In this document: in pieces, positions 1 through 10,794 of the stretch | Layout of the letters: each line of letters begins with the position of its first letter | Numbering within the stretch: position 1 is the first letter of the stretch | Source of the DNA: a virus | DNA length: 64,000 nt | Strand: one strand, 5' to 3' | Virus record (IMG/VR): IMGVR_UViG_3300028073_000008 | Span: 64,001 to 128,000 of that record | Program-made: the position numbers and the translations under genes | The notes under the pieces: model-generated | What the model was told of the DNA's origin: nothing | The model's database searches: none | The model's input: the letters and a program-made list of their open reading frames with translations, nothing else

Positions 1-1074
1 GATCAACTGTATCAGATACACCTAGAGATATCAAATAACTGTCAAGCACGATGTCCTATGTGTGCTAGGAACAACCACGGAGGCTTGCCCAATCCTTTGC
101 TGAGCAACAGTGAATGGACTCTCGATGACTACAGGAAAATAATGTCTAGCGAAGTACTCTTCCAAATCAAGCGTATCTATTTCTGTGGTAACTTCGGCGA
201 TCCTATGCTCAATGATGAATTCATAGATATGGTTCGTTACACTGTCAGTGTCAATCCTAACATAGGTATAAGCGTACACACAAATGGAGGTGCTCGTAAG
301 ACCAGCTGGTGGCAGGATCTTGCGGTAGCACTACCTGTAGATCATATGGTACACTTTGGCATCGATGGTCTAGAAGATACTCATAGTCTACATCGTGTAG
401 GAACAACATACGAGAACGTTATTAAAAATGCCACAGCATTTATACAGCGTGGTGGGAATGCCGAATGGACTTTCTTAGAATTTAAACACAACGAACATCA
501 AGTAGAAGAATGCCAGCTTAGAGCAAAAGAACTGGGCTTTAAAAAGTTTGTTTTAAAATCTAGTTCTAGATTTGTAGGCGAACCCAAGTTTGATGTTTAT
601 GACAAGAATGGAAATACAACTCATGTCATTCATCCACCTACTAGCAGCAAGTTAACTTATATCAGCAAAGAAGTCATAAACAACTATAAAAGCATGGTTA
701 AGGAAGCTGAGATTTCCTGTCATGTTCAGAACATAAAAGAAATATACATAGACGCACACAAAAAGATTATGCCCTGCTGCTGGTTAAGTTCTATTCCTGA
801 AACTTATTATGATAACAAGTTCGTAGACAAAAGCATTGACGACGAAATTAAATCACAATACAACAAGTTAGTTAACGACCTCGGTGGTCCGGATGCTATC
901 GATGCATTTAATGGAATAAAGAATGTCGTTGAGTCTAATGCTTATCAAACTGTGTGGAACAAATATTGGACTGAGGAAAAACTGATCACTTGTGCTAGGA
1001 TCTGTGGCAAGTTTAAAAATGTAAAACTTTCACAGCCAAACGATCAGTTTTTAGAAAATCATTCTTACGAATAA
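1..1074 (+). CDS. Radical SAM protein with C-terminal SPASM/twitch-like domain (5'-truncated by window edge)
   Basis: Frame open from base 1 (DQLYQIHLEISNNCQARCPMC: CxxxCxxC); GNFGDP, TNG and C-terminal PCC...CARIC motifs. Confidence 0.9.
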   Translation, partial: DQLYQIHLEISNNCQARCPMCARNNHGGLPNPLLSNSEWTLDDYRKIMSSEVLFQIKRIYFCGNFGDPMLNDEFIDMVRYTVSVNPNIGISVHTNGGARKTSWWQDLAVALPVDHMVHFGIDGLEDTHSLHRVGTTYENVIKNATAFIQRGGNAEWTFLEFKHNEHQVEECQLRAKELGFKKFVLKSSSRFVGEPKFDVYDKNGNTTHVIHPPTSSKLTYISKEVINNYKSMVKEAEISCHVQNIKEIYIDAHKKIMPCCWLSSIPETYYDNKFVDKSIDDEIKSQYNKLVNDLGGPDAIDAFNGIKNVVESNAYQTVWNKYWTEEKLITCARICGKFKNVKLSQPNDQFLENHSYE

Positions 1075-2096
1075 AATTTTTGTGAAATGCTCGATCCTGT
1101 TTTGCTCTTTCCACAAATCAAAGAGCACATAGGATTCCTACCTGCTTGTATAGTTTTGTTCCAATTTTCTTTTAACATCATATATGTTTTACTAGCAAAT
1201 ATAGAAAAAATATCTGCCTTGTAAAGACTGATATCATCTCTAGAAAAACTTTCTTTAGCTTTCGGAATCCAGTCATATTCATCTGGTAAAAAGTCATCTG
1301 GTAATAACATCAGGCTGGCAAGATGACAGCACGGATATACTAGTCCTTCGGCAGAAATATAACAACTAGAATCGTTGATGGCTGCGCATGAAATATCTAA
1401 CTCATCAAAATGTTTTTCTATCTTTGCTTTATTAGTAAAATCTAATATTGGAAAGTCGTGAGTATATCTAGGATCGTCGGCATATTCTATCTCTGTCTGA
1501 GGAGTCATTACGTTCCTATAAGTTATCTTGGTCTTGAACTCTTTGAATCCCATCTCTTTAGATAAAGCTTCTGCGTATTCTACTTGATGTTGATTATGCT
1601 TAAATGGTATGAACTGCCACGTCGCCGGTGCTCCAGAATCTATATAAAATTTGGCGTTCCTCATTACAGCAGCCCATTTAACATTTCTACGATAGATATG
1701 ATTAGTATCTTCCATACCATCTATAGCGAAAGTCATCTTGCTATTCTGTCCTAATAATTCTCCTAGCTCATACCACCATGTTTCTTTCTGTATTCCGCCG
1801 TTAGAAGAAATTTCTATAAACACGTCTGGGTTGGCATTCCTAAACCATCGTATGACGTTAGGTAGATGAGGATTCATCGCTGGATCACCTGTCACTCCTG
1901 CGATATAGATATGCTCTAGATTTTTAGCAAATTCTTCCCCAAGACAGATTTCTAAAAATATAGTATCTAGATTTTTCTGGGCAAAGAAACTATGATCGCC
2001 ACCTTTCATTTCTCTAACACACAGAGGACATCTAGCATTACAGAAAGAGGATACTTCAAATTCTATTTTTTTAACAGTATCTTTATAAAATGTCAT
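1065..2096 (-). CDS. Radical SAM protein (paralog of 1-1074)
   Basis: CNARCPLC; GVTGDP; DGMEDTNHIYR; PCC...CSLIC. Confidence 0.9.
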   Translation of the reverse strand: MTFYKDTVKKIEFEVSSFCNARCPLCVREMKGGDHSFFAQKNLDTIFLEICLGEEFAKNLEHIYIAGVTGDPAMNPHLPNVIRWFRNANPDVFIEISSNGGIQKETWWYELGELLGQNSKMTFAIDGMEDTNHIYRRNVKWAAVMRNAKFYIDSGAPATWQFIPFKHNQHQVEYAEALSKEMGFKEFKTKITYRNVMTPQTEIEYADDPRYTHDFPILDFTNKAKIEKHFDELDISCAAINDSSCYISAEGLVYPCCHLASLMLLPDDFLPDEYDWIPKAKESFSRDDISLYKADIFSIFASKTYMMLKENWNKTIQAGRNPMCSLICGKSKTGSSISQKFYS

Positions 2097-2755
2097 GATA
2101 TAAAAACTCTAAAACCTTTTGCTCTCAATTCTGCTACATAAGGATCTAAAACTTTTAGATCGCAGTTTATTAATGCTTCTCGCTCATTTACTTTCTCAAA
2201 CCCCTGTATGATATTTTCTTTGATGGCTTTATTAAAAAATTTCATCACCACAGTGTATGCTTCTTGCTTCCAATCAAAATCATTAGGTTCTATGCTTAAC
2301 CTATGATAAGGTTCTTTTACAGCTGGCAAGGGGACACGTATGTTTAGATGTATACGATCTCTGCCACCGTAGTTTGCTGCCACATGAGTATGGCTGGTGT
2401 CCATATACCATAACTGACCATCTACAGGTATGTGATACAGTTTCTGTTCGTCAAGGTCTATGAGATAGCAGTGTAGGTTAGTAGTGATAGCTAAATGTAT
2501 CCTGTCGTCTGGATCACAATGAGCTGTGTAACTTTCTGCCGATTTTAATTTGAGTAGACGTGCTTCACCTATGTTGTCTAATGACTCTAATAGATCTCCC
2601 AAAGGTGTGCCTTTATATTCCTGTTTGACGGTATATGGTCCGTTTAAGATATTTCCAGTTGTTTCGTTTAGTTGTAATCTTTTTTCAAAATGAAGATTGT
2701 TGACCTGCTCTACTATAGGTCCAATATCAACGTTTTTTGGATATTTGGTAATCAT
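2093..2755 (-). CDS. 2OG-Fe(II)/Asp-Asn beta-hydroxylase-like cupin
   Basis: HxD (AHCDPD)...H (HVAAN)...RIHL pattern. Confidence 0.7.
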   Translation of the reverse strand: MITKYPKNVDIGPIVEQVNNLHFEKRLQLNETTGNILNGPYTVKQEYKGTPLGDLLESLDNIGEARLLKLKSAESYTAHCDPDDRIHLAITTNLHCYLIDLDEQKLYHIPVDGQLWYMDTSHTHVAANYGGRDRIHLNIRVPLPAVKEPYHRLSIEPNDFDWKQEAYTVVMKFFNKAIKENIIQGFEKVNEREALINCDLKVLDPYVAELRAKGFRVFIS

Positions 2756-2794
2756 GAAATATTTATGTGCTACTTTAATGATGTAAATAGTTTC

Positions 2795-3658
2795 ATGGAT
2801 CGCTTAAAAGTAGCAGAGCAGTATGACGAAAGGTATCTAGAAATAGATAGGCCACAGCCGTTGTCTGACAATCGTATCGACGCTCTTATTTTAGAAGTGT
2901 TGAGCGGACGTATAGATAGAGATTTTAGTGATTCCATATTTCAAAAGTTCAAAGACGAAACGACTGATTGGTTTTTGAAATCTTCATTAAACCATTTGAC
3001 TGGGTTGGACACGTTTGCCAGAGTAGACATATGCTCTGGCTGTACACAGTTTATCGACGACATCTATATGACTGGTGCGTTACAGGTGTTACGTGGAGAT
3101 TACAAATACCATGAAAGATTGAATATAGCATATATCAAAGATGTAGGAGGTCTGATACCAGGGTTGCCGTTGATCATAGCTATGCCGTTTCCTCAAATAG
3201 GAGCGCCACACTTTGACATGGAGGAAATTTTACATGAGTGTAAAATTAAAAAAATTGAAGTACACATCGATGGCGCTTGGATCGGTTGCTGCCGTGATAT
3301 TAATTTTGATTTTAGCAATAAAGTTATTAGATCCGTTGGCATCAGCCTTAGCAAAGGTCTTGGTCTCGGGTGGAACCGGGTAGCACTTCGTTGGAATAGA
3401 TTTGATAATCAAGATAGCATATCTATCATGAATGACTTTGCTATGGTCAATAAAGCACCTGTGATGATAGGATCACATTTCATAAAAAACTTACAGCCAG
3501 ACTATCTCTGGAACACACACGGAGAGCGTTATCAAAGAGTATGTAACGACTTCGGTTTAGAGCCCACTAAGGCCATACACTTGGCTTTGAAAGATGGACG
3601 ACCAGTGGGTGTAAGCCCACTGATAAGATTTTTGGAAAACAATAATGATAATACATAA
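2795..3658 (+). CDS. PLP-dependent (fold-type I)-like protein
   Basis: HIDGAW and SLSKGLG motifs resemble the PLP Asp and Schiff-base Lys; start moved to the ATG after TAAATA. Confidence 0.55.
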   Translation: MDRLKVAEQYDERYLEIDRPQPLSDNRIDALILEVLSGRIDRDFSDSIFQKFKDETTDWFLKSSLNHLTGLDTFARVDICSGCTQFIDDIYMTGALQVLRGDYKYHERLNIAYIKDVGGLIPGLPLIIAMPFPQIGAPHFDMEEILHECKIKKIEVHIDGAWIGCCRDINFDFSNKVIRSVGISLSKGLGLGWNRVALRWNRFDNQDSISIMNDFAMVNKAPVMIGSHFIKNLQPDYLWNTHGERYQRVCNDFGLEPTKAIHLALKDGRPVGVSPLIRFLENNNDNT

Positions 3659-4385
3659 TATCGACGGAGTCTTATTACCTTATGATCCAACTTGGAAAAA
3701 TATAGCTGTTAGCATCAGTGGTGGTGCAGACAGCACTCTATTATCCTATCTAGTATGCGATCTTATAGAAAAATACAAAGCACAAACTATAGTACATCAT
3801 ATCAGTCATGTACGTATGTGGAAAACTAGACCGTGGCAAGAAAGCGATGCTAGAGTCATACATGTAGAATTAAACAAGCGTTTTCCTAATGTTGTGTTTT
3901 CTAAAAGACATGTAAATTTTATAGCACCGGATATAGAATATGGAAACATAGGTGCTATTGTAAAAGATGAATATGGAAAATATGTCAGTGGCGACAATGC
4001 TCAGATACGTGCGTTCTCTGAATACATATGCCATAAAGAAAATGTTGATGCCTATTACAACGGAGTTACCCGTAATCCTAGAGGAATAGATCTAGGAGGT
4101 ATGAAGGAAAGAGATATAGAACCCAACGAATCAAATAAACATCTAGAAATGATGGAACACATGGGTCGTTGGGCATTACATCCTTTTAGATTTACAGAAA
4201 AATCTTGGGTAGTAAAACAGTATAGAAAATTAGGTATTATGGATCTGTTCGATCTCACACGTAGCTGCGAAGGCGAGTTCGAAGGAATTGATTATAAAAA
4301 TTATATATCAGGAGATACTGTACCAACGTGCGGTAAGTGTTTCTGGTGTAAAGAACGGGAGTGGGCCATTGAACAATCAAAGTAA
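3645..4385 (+). CDS. PP-loop ATPase, QueC-like
   Basis: ISGGADST PP-loop; TRSC...CGKCFWCKER Zn motif. Confidence 0.7.
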   Translation: MIIHNIDGVLLPYDPTWKNIAVSISGGADSTLLSYLVCDLIEKYKAQTIVHHISHVRMWKTRPWQESDARVIHVELNKRFPNVVFSKRHVNFIAPDIEYGNIGAIVKDEYGKYVSGDNAQIRAFSEYICHKENVDAYYNGVTRNPRGIDLGGMKERDIEPNESNKHLEMMEHMGRWALHPFRFTEKSWVVKQYRKLGIMDLFDLTRSCEGEFEGIDYKNYISGDTVPTCGKCFWCKEREWAIEQSK

Positions 4386-5634
4386 AACATTTTGTCTACA
4401 TCCATTTACTGGATTAGCAACTAGTACAGACGGCTCTATATTGGTCTGTTGCCGTAGTCATCCTATAGGAAATATCAAAGATAATTCTCTAGAAGAAATA
4501 TGGAACAACGATAAGATGCGTGAAATACGTAGAAAGGTCTTAAACGGAGAATGGCCTAGCGAATGTGCTTCATGTAAGTTAGACGAAGACAGCGGAGTTG
4601 AAAGCATGAGGCTTAGACATATTTCAGGAAGAATTCCTGAAACAAGATCTTTGTTATATCCTAATGCTCTAGATGAGCTTGACGACGATCACAAGATGCC
4701 TTTTAAGATTCCAAGCATGGAGATTAAGCTGAATAATCTCTGTAATCTAAAATGTCGCATGTGCCATCCTATGGATAGTACAAGTTGGAACGATTGGGAC
4801 CAAGTAGAAGAATTCTATAAAAAAGAAGGCAACTTTATGATCAATTTTATAGAAAAAAATAACCTTAAAAGAAAACCATATCTTAACTTCTACGAAGACA
4901 ATCCTAACTGGTGGAACAGCTTTGAAAAGAATATACCTTACTTTGATCGTGTAGAGTTTGCGGGCGGCGAACCATTGATGGATCCTGAACACTATAAAAT
5001 ACTGTCAATGCTAAAACCCTACGGCAAAAATATCACTTTGAAATACGCTACCAACGGTACTACTCTAGGAATCAAGAGCGGAAACATATATGATTATTGG
5101 CCAAATTTTAAATCAGTGATGGTATCTATAAGCATGGACGGCATCGGAGATGTCTACAATTATATCCGTGGTAATAGCGAGTGGCAACTTGTACTTGATA
5201 ATATTAAACGTATACAGATGATGCCTAATATCAAACGCATCGTATGCTCAGCAGCAGTACAGGTCGGTAACGTGATGAAAATAGATCAGATGATAGAATT
5301 TTTACTCGACGATCTAGGAGTTGTTTATTGGAATAATTTTGTCAACCATCCTAATCTTTTATCAGCACAGGTACTTCCTGAACCGTTGAAAAAAATAGCA
5401 GCAGAAAGATTGATGGATATGAGAGATAAAGTACCAGGTTTTAAAATGGTACAGCAATATCCTATTTTAAAAGATTTAACAATTAACCAGATCAACGGAA
5501 TAATAAGTTATATGTATGCTAAGGATCTAAGTCATATGTGGAAGGACTGTGTGGAGTTTAATCATAGATTAGATACTAGTAGAAATCAAAAGAAATTTGA
5601 AGAAGTTAACGAGGATTTCCTACCCTATGTCTGA
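4369..5634 (+). CDS. Radical SAM protein with N-terminal twitch/SPASM domain
   Basis: FCLHPF...VCC...CASC N-domain; CNLKCRMC; GGEP; likely TTG start. Confidence 0.9.
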   Translation: MNNQSKTFCLHPFTGLATSTDGSILVCCRSHPIGNIKDNSLEEIWNNDKMREIRRKVLNGEWPSECASCKLDEDSGVESMRLRHISGRIPETRSLLYPNALDELDDDHKMPFKIPSMEIKLNNLCNLKCRMCHPMDSTSWNDWDQVEEFYKKEGNFMINFIEKNNLKRKPYLNFYEDNPNWWNSFEKNIPYFDRVEFAGGEPLMDPEHYKILSMLKPYGKNITLKYATNGTTLGIKSGNIYDYWPNFKSVMVSISMDGIGDVYNYIRGNSEWQLVLDNIKRIQMMPNIKRIVCSAAVQVGNVMKIDQMIEFLLDDLGVVYWNNFVNHPNLLSAQVLPEPLKKIAAERLMDMRDKVPGFKMVQQYPILKDLTINQINGIISYMYAKDLSHMWKDCVEFNHRLDTSRNQKKFEEVNEDFLPYV

Positions 5635-6532
5635 GATAGAAAATTTATTCCGTAATGGGTTTGGTAACAACACTCTGAGAATAACACTAGACAACGGAAT
5701 AGATTTATACTACCATCTGTTTGATAATCCTGTACAACATTGCTGGCAAGATTATTGGCAAAACATTCTAGTCGAAAATCTATCAATAGATTCTGAATTC
5801 GCTAATCAAGAACTAGCAAATTATGTAGATCAATTAAACAACTACCATTTGCGATTGGGGTTTGACAAAATTGATAACAGGCCTAGTAGAGAGTTGCTTA
5901 ACGATTTACACAATCGTTTCGTAGAAAATAAAGATAATCCAGATTGGGATACTGTTAATAAATTAATACATAAGATAGAAAATAATTTAATTATAGATTG
6001 GAATTCGCAGATAAAATTTTATTGCGGTCAGATAAAGCCTTCAGTTCTTATAAAACCCTATCATAAATTATTTTTATCAACAGAATTTAGTAACTGGGGA
6101 ACACTGTATCTAGGATACGAAACTATAGGCAAAGACTGGGCAGACATAGCATTAGATAATGATAACGGAAACGATCTAGCTGTACAAGATAGTATAGGTA
6201 CAGAAACAGTCATGAGTTTTCAAACTCAAGCACCTTATGAAAAATTAATAGAAAATCAATTTTACAAATGGTATATGAAAAACGACAGTTTTATGAATAT
6301 ACCTATAGACAATCTAAATAAATTATCATTAGGAAGATATCTATTAGGAAAGGTAATCGTCACTGAAGCATTTTTAGATTATGAAAAGAATCCATTAGTA
6401 TGGTATATGCCTAATCATAATATAAAACAAAAATGGAACAAAGATATACTTTCAAAAGCCAATAGCATTTCTAAGTTAGAATTTTTTAATTCTACTATGT
6501 TCTATGATACATTAGTTAAACATACAACATGA
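5627..6532 (+). CDS. Hypothetical protein
   Basis: Long ORF coupled to neighbours. Confidence 0.75.
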   Translation: MSEIENLFRNGFGNNTLRITLDNGIDLYYHLFDNPVQHCWQDYWQNILVENLSIDSEFANQELANYVDQLNNYHLRLGFDKIDNRPSRELLNDLHNRFVENKDNPDWDTVNKLIHKIENNLIIDWNSQIKFYCGQIKPSVLIKPYHKLFLSTEFSNWGTLYLGYETIGKDWADIALDNDNGNDLAVQDSIGTETVMSFQTQAPYEKLIENQFYKWYMKNDSFMNIPIDNLNKLSLGRYLLGKVIVTEAFLDYEKNPLVWYMPNHNIKQKWNKDILSKANSISKLEFFNSTMFYDTLVKHTT

Positions 6533-7431
6533 AATCAATAACTAGTCGCTGGCCACACCAGGATCAATTAAAAGTAGAATGGAACATAGGTAAACGCTGT
6601 AACTATGATTGTTCATATTGTCCTGACAGTATACATGACAATTGGAGTCCGCATACATCTATTGATGTACTAGAAAAGACCGTGGATAAATTATCAGAGA
6701 TTGGGCGTCCGCTACGATTAAGTCTTACTGGCGGAGAACCTTGCGTACATCCTGACATAGAAGATCTTTTTGAATATACTAAACGCAAAGGAGTTTTTTG
6801 GCTCAGCGTGACCACTAACGGTACTCGAGCTGCTCAGTGGTATATTGACAATTCGGAATTTTATCAACATCTTGTTATCAGTTTACATTTCGAGCATGAC
6901 TGGCGCCGTGTGTTGAATACCATATATGAAATCAAACATTCAAGTAAATTACAATACTTTGTCAATGTTATGGCCCACCACGACTATATGGACGATGTGA
7001 AGAAAGCTGTAGAATTCTTAGACGATAAAGATATCAAATATGCTATAAGACGCATACGCTGGACTGAAGGTGACCATAATGTGTTTGACGACATGCGCTA
7101 CGATGGAAAAGATCTCCAATGGATATTAAGCAAACAATCAACAGTGTCCCCGAATACAATAATTCGAAATGATGATCAAACAGAAATACTTCACGCCAAT
7201 GATGTCATAAAGCTACACTTAAATAAATTTAAAGGATGGTCATGTCAAGCAGGTATAGAAAGTCTCATGATAAATTGGGACGGCGAAGTACACCGAGCAA
7301 CTTGTAGAGTTGGAGGTAGTCTAGGTAATATATACAAAGATACTTTTACAGTACCTAGAGAACCGATTATATGTACTCGTGATTTCTGTACCTGCGCTGC
7401 CGACATACCTATTAGCAAGAATGAAAATTAA
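6529..7431 (+). CDS. Radical SAM protein with twitch domain
   Basis: CNYDCSYC; TGGEP; CQAG...C...CTCAAD. Confidence 0.9.
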   Translation: MKSITSRWPHQDQLKVEWNIGKRCNYDCSYCPDSIHDNWSPHTSIDVLEKTVDKLSEIGRPLRLSLTGGEPCVHPDIEDLFEYTKRKGVFWLSVTTNGTRAAQWYIDNSEFYQHLVISLHFEHDWRRVLNTIYEIKHSSKLQYFVNVMAHHDYMDDVKKAVEFLDDKDIKYAIRRIRWTEGDHNVFDDMRYDGKDLQWILSKQSTVSPNTIIRNDDQTEILHANDVIKLHLNKFKGWSCQAGIESLMINWDGEVHRATCRVGGSLGNIYKDTFTVPREPIICTRDFCTCAADIPISKNEN

Positions 7432-8188
7432 AAATTTAGATCCGACAAAGTACAAAAGATTTTTTGCGTTCGGCTGTAGCTTTACCAGATACAAATGGGC
7501 TACATGGGCAGATATTATAGGACAGAATATTCCTTACTACGAAAACTGGGGTAGACAGGGAGTAGGCAATCATTATATCTTTAATGCGGTATTAGAAGCA
7601 GACGCCAAGCACAACTTTGGTCCAGACGATCTAGTGATAATAATGTGGTCCCAGTTAGGGAGAGAAGATAGATATTTTGATAAGCGTTGGATCAGCCAAA
7701 CTATATCTGAACTCACAGACTCCGAATCGAGAAAATATGCCATAGACACTAGAGCTCACCTAATACGAGACTTAGCTTACATTAAGTCGATACAGACTTT
7801 CTTAGAACATAAAAAATGTGATTACGCACATTTGGCTATGTATCCTTTAGTGTATCTTACAACTGACTTACCATTTGCTTTTTCAGCACCGGATATGATA
7901 AGAACGGAAATGCTGCTGTCAGCTTGGATCGATCTTCGAGTGAATAAACACATTGGTAAGAGTATAGAACACCCAGATGTAGTAGAATCTTATATAGACG
8001 TTTATACAAGTATAGAAAAAACTATATTAGAATGTTTTTCCTCTATGTATGTTCTAAAAAGAGAAAATAATGATCCACATCCCACGCCCGAAGAATTTGT
8101 CAAATACCTAGACAAATTATGGCCGGATAATAAATTAGAAAATAAAACTATCCCAGATAGTTTATCACAGGCTCCACAGAGATTGTAA
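7421..8188 (+). CDS. SGNH/GDSL-hydrolase-like protein
   Basis: FGCSFT block, G.GN, DPHP C-terminal motif. Confidence 0.6.
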   Translation: MKIKNLDPTKYKRFFAFGCSFTRYKWATWADIIGQNIPYYENWGRQGVGNHYIFNAVLEADAKHNFGPDDLVIIMWSQLGREDRYFDKRWISQTISELTDSESRKYAIDTRAHLIRDLAYIKSIQTFLEHKKCDYAHLAMYPLVYLTTDLPFAFSAPDMIRTEMLLSAWIDLRVNKHIGKSIEHPDVVESYIDVYTSIEKTILECFSSMYVLKRENNDPHPTPEEFVKYLDKLWPDNKLENKTIPDSLSQAPQRL

Positions 8189-9556
8189 CTCCGGAAATAT
8201 AGATAAAAATTCAGTTTGTCTTATTCTATCTAGATTTTTTATATATTCTCGAAAGTCAGGTAACAAATGCGTATGGTCTTCTGCTGTAACAAATTTTAAT
8301 ATAGCTTCCCAACGTTTCCACCCATAGGGATTGATATTCCAAAAGTCATCATCCTGCCTATAGTTATCCCATAACCAAGTTTTTAATTCTTCAAAACTAT
8401 TACGCACTTCTTGTTTTTCATTCTCTGGTAATATCCGTGCGCTAAGATATGTAGGTATGTATAACAGATGTAGATTGATTATTCCGCCGCCTGCTTCATA
8501 TTCATCTAATTTAAATTTATTGATCTTTTTAAAATTTTGTGTCAATTTCCATTTGGCAAAATCTGCGATATGCTTGATGTTCAATATCTGTACAGCACAA
8601 GCTATATGTACGTGAATATTGTCTGGTGTATTATCTAGTAGTCTAAGACTACGTTCTACATCAGTCCATGCTGTAGGATATCTAATGTACGAATTCCGTT
8701 CACCTACAGCATCAATACTAAAAGCAAAACGCACCTGCTTGAATTTGGACCAAACATCTATTATATCCTGATCTACTAGTATACCATTAGAGTTGTATCT
8801 TAATGTTATTTTATCAGCATAACCTCTTGCTATGATTTCATCCAAGAACTTACGATGTTCCTTAATCATCAAGGGCTCGCCGCCGGCAAAATATAAGTGT
8901 CGTATGTTGGGTATCTGATCAAATATCTGTTCCCACAACTCAGGTCTTTCGTACCAATAGTTATTAAACTCTTTACGATCCCAGTTGATTTGATGTAACA
9001 CTGTCTTGCTACTAGTCATATTGACCAATTTGTCATAATCCTGTACCCAACGACTACTGTCATGAGGACTACACATTACACATTTCAAATTACAAGTATG
9101 TCCTAATCTTAGATCTAGATATCTGATCACTGGAGGAATTTTACCATCAGGATCTGTATTATCTATAAGGTCATTAAAATCCAATCCTTCTTTATTCCAT
9201 TCGTACAGTTCCCATAATCTTTTGCTAACTACACCATTAGATTCCTCTTCGAAACATTTGGTACAACTTGCTGGAATTTTTCCTTCTAGCATGGTCTTAC
9301 GAACACTACACATATATTCGTTGTTCAGCGCATCTAAAGGAAGCTCTCGACCAAAGTTAGCTGGCTGTCCGTTTTCTTTCTTTACCAACCCTACTGTATG
9401 ATCACCTGTGGCCGCGCCTGATGCGTTAGTGACACAGCAGAGTCTAGCATCACCGTTTGGTCTTGTGGCTATGTGTATCCATGGCAACGCACAAAAAGTA
9501 GGAGTACCTGTGCGCTCTTCAACTAACTTTATATAATTTTGGATTTTATCTTTCAC
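8165..9556 (-). CDS. Radical SAM protein with N-terminal twitch/SPASM domain (paralog of 4369-5634)
   Basis: FCALPW...LCC...CTKC; CNLKCVMC; AGGEP; GTG start. Confidence 0.9.
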   Translation of the reverse strand: MKDKIQNYIKLVEERTGTPTFCALPWIHIATRPNGDARLCCVTNASGAATGDHTVGLVKKENGQPANFGRELPLDALNNEYMCSVRKTMLEGKIPASCTKCFEEESNGVVSKRLWELYEWNKEGLDFNDLIDNTDPDGKIPPVIRYLDLRLGHTCNLKCVMCSPHDSSRWVQDYDKLVNMTSSKTVLHQINWDRKEFNNYWYERPELWEQIFDQIPNIRHLYFAGGEPLMIKEHRKFLDEIIARGYADKITLRYNSNGILVDQDIIDVWSKFKQVRFAFSIDAVGERNSYIRYPTAWTDVERSLRLLDNTPDNIHVHIACAVQILNIKHIADFAKWKLTQNFKKINKFKLDEYEAGGGIINLHLLYIPTYLSARILPENEKQEVRNSFEELKTWLWDNYRQDDDFWNINPYGWKRWEAILKFVTAEDHTHLLPDFREYIKNLDRIRQTEFLSIFPELQSLWSL

Positions 9557-9581
9557 TCTGTAGTTATCCTATAAATAGTTC

Positions 9582-10259
9582 ATGAACACTAATAATTGGA
9601 AACCCTATTACAAACAAGCCGAAAAAGAAGGTGGTTCAATAACCACACAGATGTGCTATACTCCGTTAGTCAGCCCCGATGGAAAGACTTTCTGTATGGA
9701 CTACAACTACCCTAGCCAATACCAGCTATCACAAGACAGGCTATGCTATAGAGAAGAGTTTGTCGAACTTATGTGGCAACGTGAAGTTGAATTCGTCAAC
9801 CACGTGAGATACTATCAGTGGGCACCCGAACTTGTAGATATCGCCGATCATAAGATATTTTTTAAATGGTATGGCGGTACCGTCAACGATGTTATCTATG
9901 GTAGTAGAGATCTAGAAAATAGACATCCTACTTGGAGACGAGATATACTTCGTGTGATCACCCAACAGTATAACGATGCTGGAATCATTAAACCAACAGT
10001 GTATCCACATAGTTATTATTATGATGGAATCGGAAATCTAAGAACTTTTGATTTTTATAGCTGCGTTTATAAAACTGATGTCAAGATACCTTATGAAGAT
10101 ATCAAAGATCTAGTAAGTGATAATTCTAGATTTGACGAAGCATTAGAAGATGATCAAGTTAACGTAGAAACTATTTTTAAATCTGGATTGTTAAAATATT
10201 CTAAATGGCCTGATAATCTACAGGCTGTTTATGATGCTATTTTTAGTGCCAAAGATTAA
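9582..10259 (+). CDS. Hypothetical protein, possible kinase-like fold (paralog of 14079-14762)
   Basis: WQRE..., PEL.DI, YPHSYY...LRTFDF similar to 14079 ORF. Confidence 0.55.
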   Translation: MNTNNWKPYYKQAEKEGGSITTQMCYTPLVSPDGKTFCMDYNYPSQYQLSQDRLCYREEFVELMWQREVEFVNHVRYYQWAPELVDIADHKIFFKWYGGTVNDVIYGSRDLENRHPTWRRDILRVITQQYNDAGIIKPTVYPHSYYYDGIGNLRTFDFYSCVYKTDVKIPYEDIKDLVSDNSRFDEALEDDQVNVETIFKSGLLKYSKWPDNLQAVYDAIFSAKD

Positions 10260-10794
10260 AAGTATATTTCGGTGTCAGCCCACAGTTGGCACCAGCATGC
10301 CATGATCTTCTTTCAGGCCAGCGAAATACATCTCCTTGCCTTCTGAGATATAGACATTCATCTTCTACTATGAATATATGACCATGAGTAGGAGGTGAAA
10401 TATGGCAATGGAATCTATCCATTCCTCTTCCTTCTTTTATTAATGTTTCCTCGTCATCAGTGATATCCCAATGCCACGGAGCTACATCACCGGGTTTTAC
10501 TCTACTGATCCAACAGTTAGTATAACCGTCAAGGCCTACAAAATCTATAAATTTCTCGACGATGTCTCGACTAAAATTTACTCCCGGAAGATACATATCC
10601 CATCTAGCATTGCCTCCCTCGTGAGCCATCTTGTATCCAGCATTCCTTAGTTGGCCTGCTACTTCTTCTACACCAGGAACAGCGTGTCCTACGTCATGCT
10701 TAGGACCTACATAAGCAGGTTCTTGGTTGGCTAGATCTTCTATGACTTTGTTCCAATCTATTATCTCGGAACAGTTACCTACATATTTTACCAT
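10243..10794 (-). CDS. 2OG-Fe(II) oxygenase-like cupin
   Basis: PWHWD...WHAGANCG. Confidence 0.7.
   Translation of the reverse strand: MVKYVGNCSEIIDWNKVIEDLANQEPAYVGPKHDVGHAVPGVEEVAGQLRNAGYKMAHEGGNARWDMYLPGVNFSRDIVEKFIDFVGLDGYTNCWISRVKPGDVAPWHWDITDDEETLIKEGRGMDRFHCHISPPTHGHIFIVEDECLYLRRQGDVFRWPERRSWHAGANCGLTPKYTFNLWH

Noticed and set aside
1-9556. Radical SAM cluster as a PQQ (pqqE) or classical RiPP pathway for the pqqA peptide
   Set aside because: No PqqD/RRE, PqqB or PqqC seen; pqqA is 26 kb away and monocistronic; no precursor peptide is evident within the island.
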